A stretch of 13,984 nt of DNA from Azolla caroliniana (lineage: Eukaryota > Plantae > Polypodiophyta). The notes below the pieces were generated by a model that worked only from the letters and a program-made list of their open reading frames with translations, was not told the origin of the DNA and did not search any database. A program made the translations under genes and the position numbers. Where the stretch lies: contig JBHGNT010000910.1 of NCBI GenBank assembly GCA_043228905.1, positions 1 through 13,984 on the forward strand, written 5' to 3'. This document shows positions 8,701-13,984 of this stretch, piece after piece (the stretch's first letter is position 1; every line of letters begins with the position of its first letter).

Positions 8701-9861
8701 AATCAGGTTCAATCGAACCTCCGGAACGTGTCGAACATCCTTCAGCAGCATCTTGCATCCGGTTGATGTCATCAGCCACACGTCTCCTATGCCGGCAATC
8801 CGGCATGTACCTTCATTTCCCATCCGGACACAGCCGTGCTCACCGGCTGTGTAGGATGAGAAGTATTTCTTCTCCGGGGTCAGGTGGAACGACGCTCCGG
8901 AATCGACCACCCAGGTCATCTCTTCACCGGCAAGGTTCAGCTCCCTCTCTTCGGTAATGAGCATTATCTCTTCTTCACTTGCCGCAAGTGCCGTCGTTCC
9001 TTTCCGGTCCTGCCCTCGCCGATCCGGACCTCTCCGGTCCGTGGCTCCCCGGTATGCACCGTTTCGCTCCGGTGACTTCTTCGAATCGGTACCGTCGGTT
9101 CCGTTGTCTTTCCGGAAATGCCGACAGTTCTTCTGGAAGTGCCCCGGCTTCCCACAGTAGAAGCATGTAGGTCTTCCCCTCGACTGCGACCGTGTCCCCG
9201 ACTTCTCCCGTCTTTGCGGACTCCGGTTCCGTTGTCTTCCCCGTTCCGATTCGGTAAGCAGCGCCTTCGAGTCGGAGGCCGGTTCTTTATCTCTCCGACG
9301 CGCTTCTTCATTTAGAATACTTGTCTTTACCGTTAGTAAAGACAAGTTCTCTTCCTTACAGGAGGTGCTGAGAGTAACTACCAAGTTCTCCCAGCTCTCC
9401 GGAAGGGTACACATCAGCATGATGGCTTGCATTGCGTCATCCAACGGGAACTTGATCGCCGCAAGCTGGTTCACAAATCCCATGAACGTGCTGACGTGTT
9501 CGACCATGCTCTCGCCGTCCCGGTACTTAAGATTCACTATCTTCCTCATCAGGGAGGTCCGGGTCAGAGCATTCTTCCTCTCATACAGTTCGGACAGCTT
9601 CTGCCACATCTCATAGGCGTTCGTATCGTTCGCCACATGTTGCAGGACACTTACATCGACATATTGCCGGATCGTCGCTACGGCTTTCCGGTTCAGGAGC
9701 TTCCACTCCGACTCTATTACCCCCTTGGGTATCTCGGCATTGTCGATCGGTTCATACAGGTCTCAGACGATGAGAAGGTCTTCCATCTTTATCTTCCTGT
9801 CGGCGTAGTTCTGTGAGTTCAACACCATCATGCCCGGAGGCCCACTACCGCCACCTTCCAT
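5788..9861 (-). CDS. gag-pol: Copia Gag-Pol polyprotein, 1357 codons plus stop, interrupted by one in-frame TGA at codon 33 (9763-9765)
   Basis: ATG at 9861 (MEGGGSGPPGMMVLNSQNYADRKIKMEDLLIV*DLYEPI) is in frame with the 1282-aa ORF. Motifs: zinc knuckle CFYCGKPGHFQKNC; protease WVVDSGAS; integrase WHKRLCH..CTDC, LVHTD, RADNGGEY, NGLAERMNRT; RT QMDVKTAFLHG, SLYGLKQAPRQW, YVDDML; RNase H FTDSD, TEAEY, CDSQSAI, DMLTK. Confidence 0.95.
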
Positions 9862-9877
9862 TTTCTGTGTTACCGTC

Positions 9878-9889
9878 GCTCTGATACCA
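9878..9889 (-). promoter_or_regulatory. Primer-binding site, tRNA-iMet (TGGTATCAGAGC)
   Basis: Canonical plant initiator-Met PBS, 3 nt (AAG) downstream of the 5' LTR. Confidence 0.97.
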
Positions 9890-9892
9890 CTT

Positions 9893-10488
9893 TGTTGAAC
9901 ACCGCGCTCGGCCACCACCGAGGAATAGGATCAACTCACAGAAAACAGGAAATACAAAAAAATGCACGAAGACAATAGAGAGAAGAGTACACAGGATGTT
10001 TTACGTGGAAAACCCTAAATGGGAAAAAACCACGGGAGTCCTCAAACTCCAACTATCACTATAAACAGAGGTGTACAATGGTGAAGCTACAAGGCAACAA
10101 CCTTGAGCTCACTGTCTTCGCCACAGGCGGCGGTAATACACAGAGGCAACGACCTCTTCGTCTCTCTCTCTCTCTGTCTCTCTGTCTCTCTCTCGGCTAC
10201 TCACTTAGCTCCCTCTTAGTGGAAAACGAAAAATGAGCAACAACATAAAACTGTTTGCCCTAAGTCATATTTATACACATATGACTTTCGGGCTATTTAC
10301 AAATATAGCCTCAAGGGCCCTTGGCAAACATATTCACAAATATGTCCCCGCATCCGGATCTCTCTCCGGGTACATTCGTCATCCGGCTCCGTAGCCGGGG
10401 TCTTCATCATCCGGCTCCGTAGCCGGGGTCTTCATTCCCGATTCCCGGACATCCGACCATCCCATCCGGAGGGACCGTAATCCCAACA
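9893..10488 (-). repeat. 5' LTR of the copia element (596 bp)
   Basis: Direct repeat of 5140-5777, TGTTG/CAACA termini, adjacent to the PBS. Confidence 0.98.
10268..10275 (-). promoter_or_regulatory. Putative TATA box (TATAAATA) of the copia 5' LTR; copy at 5529-5536
   Basis: Consensus TATA about 215 bp into the LTR in the sense orientation. Confidence 0.7.
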
Positions 10489-10750
10489 GAAATAACTCTT
10501 CCCTTACTTCGGTTGCACTTCGTTGTTGAATATATTTGGCACGAAACTGGTGCACCAACAATTGATATGCTCCTTGTTGATTTGGTGGAAGAGAGTCATA
10601 CCAATCTCGAGCTCGACCATAGAATGTTGCTACCAACAAAGGTAACTTCTCATTATCAGTGATGCGTCCAATAGAGACAACATGATGCTCAAAGGATGCT
10701 AAAAAGGCACCAACATCTTGTGTTCTTTCACCCGAAAACGCGAACTGCAT
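10489..10750 (-). pseudogene. gag: N-terminal part of the gypsy gag (retrotransposon capsid-like)
   Basis: MQFAFSGERTQDVGAFLASFE...GRARDWYDSL...FRAKY matches the Retrotrans_gag pattern. It continues in frame across the TSD (EELF|RLKMESP). Confidence 0.88.
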
Positions 10751-10817
10751 AGCTAAGTTAATGTAGTATAGTAACACAAAGAGAGGATAAGTTCTCCCTC
10801 CTATACGGAAAGGATCG

Positions 10818-10835
10818 GCCCTCCCTGGAGCGCCA
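10818..10835 (-). promoter_or_regulatory. Primer-binding site of the Tat-type element (TGGCGCTCCAGGGAGGGC), non-Met tRNA, possibly Asn
   Basis: TGG-starting motif 4 nt after a CA LTR terminus and about 70 nt before the gag ATG. It resembles the plant tRNA-Asn PBS TGGCGCTAGAAGGAGGG, but the tRNA identity is not verified. Confidence 0.75.
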
Positions 10836-10839
10836 AAAA

Positions 10840-11535
10840 TGATAGCGTGTATAAGACAAAGGATAGTTATACACAATATGGGGCTTCACCAAACCGATTA
10901 GATGGAGTTATGAATCATAATATATTATATAGATCAAGGTATCTACGAATTAGAGAGAATGACTCAAGAAATTAAGAAAAAAGATTGAGAAGATGAGCAA
11001 GAAATAAGAATGTTCTCATATTCCACTATCAAGAGAATACAAAGGAGATAAAGTCCACTAAAACCAAAGATCTTCTTCTTCTACTAAGACACCTCTTCCT
11101 AAGACTCCTCCTCCACTCTTAGGATCCTCATCCACTCTTCCTAGGACTCCTCCACTCTTAGGATCCCCTCTCTATTACTATCACTTCTTCTTTTATAATT
11201 TTCTTCTTCTTCCTCGTTCACGCTATTTTTAGAAGCTTTTTATCTCTTATTTTTAGCTAAGACCCAACGACCTTCTAATCGTCATATCTCTCTCCTTAAA
11301 GCTCCGAATTTAGTGATTTAAAACGCTATAGATAGCTCTCGTTACAAGCTTTCAAACCCATATTTTACTATTTTTTATGGTCCGTTTTTTCTCTTTTTAC
11401 TTTTCTCTTGGTCTCTTACTTTTACTTTTGACTTATTCCTAAGGTCTTGGTTCGTGTTCTTCGCCTCCAAATGTGAATTATCCATACTTTATATTCTTCC
11501 AATGTTCAATGGCTTAGCTTCTAAAAACACTTTCA
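10840..11535 (-). repeat. Putative 5' LTR of the Tat-type element (about 696 bp; outer end at 11535 or 11537)
   Basis: Bounded by the PBS and by abrupt resumption of another element's RT at 11538. Imperfect terminal inverted repeat TGATAGCGT / ACACTTTCA (7/9). TATAAAA on the - strand at 11191-11197. The second copy is not in the window. Confidence 0.7.
11093..11166. repeat. Degenerate duplication (period about 40 bp) within the Tat-type LTR
   Basis: CTCTTCCTAAGACTCCTCCTCCACTCTTAGGATCC followed by CTCTTCCTAGGACTCCTCCACTCTTAGGATCC. Confidence 0.8.
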
Positions 11536-11537
11536 CA

Positions 11538-13652
11538 CTTGGTTTTGTCGGGTTTTTGTGAAAATCCCTTCATAATTACTCCCAATTGATGATGTTGTTT
11601 ACTGATCTTCTAAAAGGTCAAACGTGTAAGTCTACAAAACCTATTGTGTGGAATGCTACACTAGACCTCGCCTTTATGGAACTCAAGGACCTAGTTTGCA
11701 AGGCTCCTTCACTTCTTTTACCTGATCCTTCAAAACCTTTTGAGGTTGAAACCGATGCAAGCGATTATGCTATACGTGTTGTCTTATATCATGATGGTAA
11801 ACCAATAGCATTCGAGAGTAAGAAACTTGATTCTACTCAATGTCGGTATACCGTTTAAGAAAAGGAATTATTTACAGTTATACATGCGCTCAAAACATGG
11901 TGCCATTATCTTTATGGAAATCGCTTTGTGGTAACTATGCACCACGAGTCCTTGAAATATTTTTGTGACCAACAAGACCTGGAAGGTCGTAAGGCACGAT
12001 GTGCTGATCTCATCCAGGACTTTGATTTTTGCATACGATATCGTAAAGGTTCCATGAATACTGTCGCTGATGCACTAAGTCGCATCTGTGAAGTTAACAT
12101 GCTTAGCTTCACTGAAATAACATCAGATCTTTATGATTACCTTCAAGGAAAGTATCCATATGACAGTTATTTTGCAAAATACTAGGCAAGAGTTGAGTCT
12201 GGAACAGACACCACCACATCCTCGAAGGAATACTTCCACATTGCTAACGGTCTGCTCTACCGTAATGGGAAGGTTTGTGTTCCAGATTTGCCTGAGGTCA
12301 AAAAGAGAATTATTTTTGAATGCCATGATGCACCCTTAGCAGGGCACCCTAGAATACATTGTACACTCGTTCTCATCTCCAGTCAATTTTATTGGCCTAA
12401 GATGCGCCCTGACATACATAGCTATGTGACTAAATGTCACCAATGTCAAGTTAACAAAGCCAAGCAACTTAAAGCCGCATGACTTTTACATCCCTTGGAC
12501 ATTCCGAACAATAAGTGGGAAAGTATATCCATGGATTTTATTGTTAGCCTTCCTCGCACCCAAAAAGGCCATGATGCCATCTGGGTTATGGTTGATAGAC
12601 TAACTAAAATGGTCAGATTTATTGCTACTAAAACCACGGTAACAACTCCTGAATTGGTTTACCAATTCGTTGACGAGTTATTTCGTTTTTATGGGTTACT
12701 GATGGATATCGTGAGTGATTGAGATCCAAAATTTACTAGTGACTTCTGGACGCAAGTCTTTAAGAAGTTACAAACTACGTTGAGCATGAGCTCCACGGAT
12801 CATCCTCAATCCGATGGACAAATAGATCGAGTAAATTAAATTATTGAGGACATGCTTCGAGCATATGTTGGTGCAAAACCAACAAAATGGGAACGTTATT
12901 TTCCAATATTGGAGTTTGCTTATGACAGCTCCAAGCATACGTCGACATGATATAGTCCTTTTGTGTTGATGTATGGTTTTCAGACACGAGCCCTGATTGA
13001 TGTTAATATACATCATGATGAGTTGCGATGTACGCAAAACTTTCTTCGGGATATGCAAGATATGTTGCATATTGCACGAGATAATATAAAAACAGCTCAA
13101 GATAGAGCGCGTTTTTATGCCGATCATCATAGGCAACCTCGTGTATTCAACCTTGGACAGAAGGTAATTTTACGTGTATCTCACAATTCTAAGACATTGT
13201 CTACGCGTAAGTGCGCTAAGTTAGCCCCACGGTTTTGTGGACCTTTTACAATCCTCAAACGGATTGGGTCATCTGCCTATCGTCTCGCTCTTCCCGATGG
13301 TGTTGGAATTCATCTAGTTTTTCTTGTGAGTCGTCTAAAAGAACTTCTAGGTTCTGGTGACAATACAGTTACAACTGAAACTCTGGTTACTTCTGAAGAT
13401 GTATCTTCTAAACCACATGTACCAGAAAGAATTCTCGATGTTAAAACAAAAAAATTACGTACTAAAGAAATGAGAGAATTTAAAATAAAATGGATGGATA
13501 AATCAATAAAAGATGCCACATGGGAACACGAGAGTATTCTCAGAACTAACTTCCCTAACTTTCCATCGCAAGAGTGCAATGTTTTAAAGAGGGGGAGGGG
13601 AGTATGTTACGGGCATGACCATATAATATCCCGTGGTGAGAATTTACCGTAG
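11538..13652 (+). pseudogene. pol: Chromovirus pol remnant (RT end, RNase H, integrase, chromodomain), one frame with 7 premature stops
   Basis: Motifs: LGFVGFL*..FTDLLKG; FEVETDASDYAI; IAFESKKL; EKEL; CHDAPLAGHP..CHQC; WESISMDFI; IVSD*DPKF; HPQSDGQ; GPF; chromodomain PERILD..FKIKW..ATWE (about 13416-13565). Stops at 11559, 11856, 12183, 12480, 12720, 12837 and 12948. Confidence 0.93.
13586..13602 (+). promoter_or_regulatory. Polypurine tract of the chromovirus (AAAGAGGGGGAGGGGAG)
   Basis: 17-nt purine run after the chromodomain, 2 nt before TGTTAC. Confidence 0.9.
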
Positions 13653-13984
13653 TATTCTATACACATGGATAAGTGTGAGGGTTAAACGAGAGTGTAAAGA
13701 AGGGGAGGATTACTTTTAATCCTCGGGATTGAGACAACCCATTAGGCCAAGTGTGAACTTGCTTGGGCGCCTTGGGTATCGCTATAAATAAGAGGCCTAG
13801 CTACCCTCATTTGAGGATCTTGTTGACTACGTCGAGACTCTGTCTTGTGGTGGGTCAACTCTTATAGCGAGCGCGCCAGCACTAGGTACGACTCGACACC
13901 ACAACGGTGGTATGGGACGCCGATCGAGCCTCGAGTCCGTCTCGATCCCTTCGCTCGGGGGTGGTCGGGTGGATCGGCACCCTT
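13605..13984 (+). repeat. 3' LTR of the chromovirus (partial; runs to the window end)
   Basis: Begins with TGT right after the PPT and contains TATAAATA at 13783-13790. No second copy is in the window. Confidence 0.8.

Larger units (their letters stand above)
5140..10488 (-). mobile_element. Full-length Ty1/copia LTR retrotransposon (Tnt1/Tork-like), recent insertion
   Basis: Two near-identical LTRs (5140-5777, 9893-10488) with TGTTG...CAACA termini. 5-bp TSD GAAAT at 5135-5139 and 10489-10493. tRNA-iMet PBS and PPT present. Domain order gag-PR-INT-RT-RH is diagnostic of copia. The lineage call rests on recalled resemblance only. Confidence 0.98.
1..11535 (-). mobile_element. Ty3/gypsy retrotransposon of the Tat group (extra archaeal-type RNase H), interrupted by the copia insertion; 3' end outside the window
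   Basis: Order is LTR-PBS-gag-PR-RT-RH-aRH-INT, with no chromodomain. The gag is split by the copia element at the GAAAT TSD. Confidence 0.9.
11538..13984 (+). mobile_element. 3' half of a decayed chromovirus (Ty3/gypsy with chromodomain)
   Basis: RT thumb-RH-INT-chromodomain-PPT-LTR in order, truncated on the left by the Tat-type LTR. Confidence 0.92.

Noticed and set aside
9634-9636. Start of the 1282-aa ORF as the true copia start
   Set aside because: It is an internal GTG. Gag-like sequence extends upstream past a TGA to the ATG at 9861.
5803-9816. Many 100-190 aa ORFs on the + strand, antisense to copia pol
   Set aside because: They fall in stop-poor shadow frames of a GC-rich coding sequence, have no recognisable motifs, and do not join into one frame.
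10379-10876. 165-aa ORF as a stand-alone gene
   Set aside because: It is a chimera of LTR/PBS/leader sequence, the gypsy gag N-terminus, and read-through into the copia LTR.
11178-11183. CTATCA as the outer end of the Tat-type LTR (perfect inverted match to TGATAG)
   Set aside because: It would exclude the TATA-like motif at 11191-11197 and leave about 350 bp unexplained before the chromovirus junction. The 11535/11537 end fits better, though this is unconfirmed without the second LTR.
13800-13984. Ribozyme or ncRNA in the GC-rich structured part of the chromovirus LTR
   Set aside because: Short inverted repeats exist (ACCAC/GTGGT, GCCGATC/GATCGGC), but I saw no hammerhead core (CUGANGA...GAAA) or tRNA fold.

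Overview
This is plant-type genomic DNA made entirely of three nested LTR retrotransposons, with no host gene. (1) The oldest layer is the 3' half of a decayed chromodomain-bearing Ty3/gypsy element on the + strand (about 11538-13984: end of RT, RNase H, integrase, chromodomain, PPT, start of the 3' LTR). (2) Inserted into it is a Tat-type Ty3/gypsy element on the - strand. It has a 5' LTR at about 10840-11535, a PBS, and a single gag-PR-RT-degenerate RH-archaeal-type RH-INT frame ending at 238; its 3' LTR lies left of the window. (3) Inserted into the gag of that element is a complete, very young Tnt1/Tork-like Ty1/copia element on the - strand (5140-10488), with a GAAAT target-site duplication, a tRNA-iMet PBS, near-identical LTRs and one premature stop. 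The most interesting non-coding signals are three. U-rich internal-loop hairpins with ENE (poly(A) triple-helix) architecture occur in both the copia LTR and the unrelated gypsy 3' UTR. The copia LTR is almost completely tiled by short inverted repeats. CCGG is strongly and selectively enriched across the copia element. I found no evidence for a new protein-coding system.
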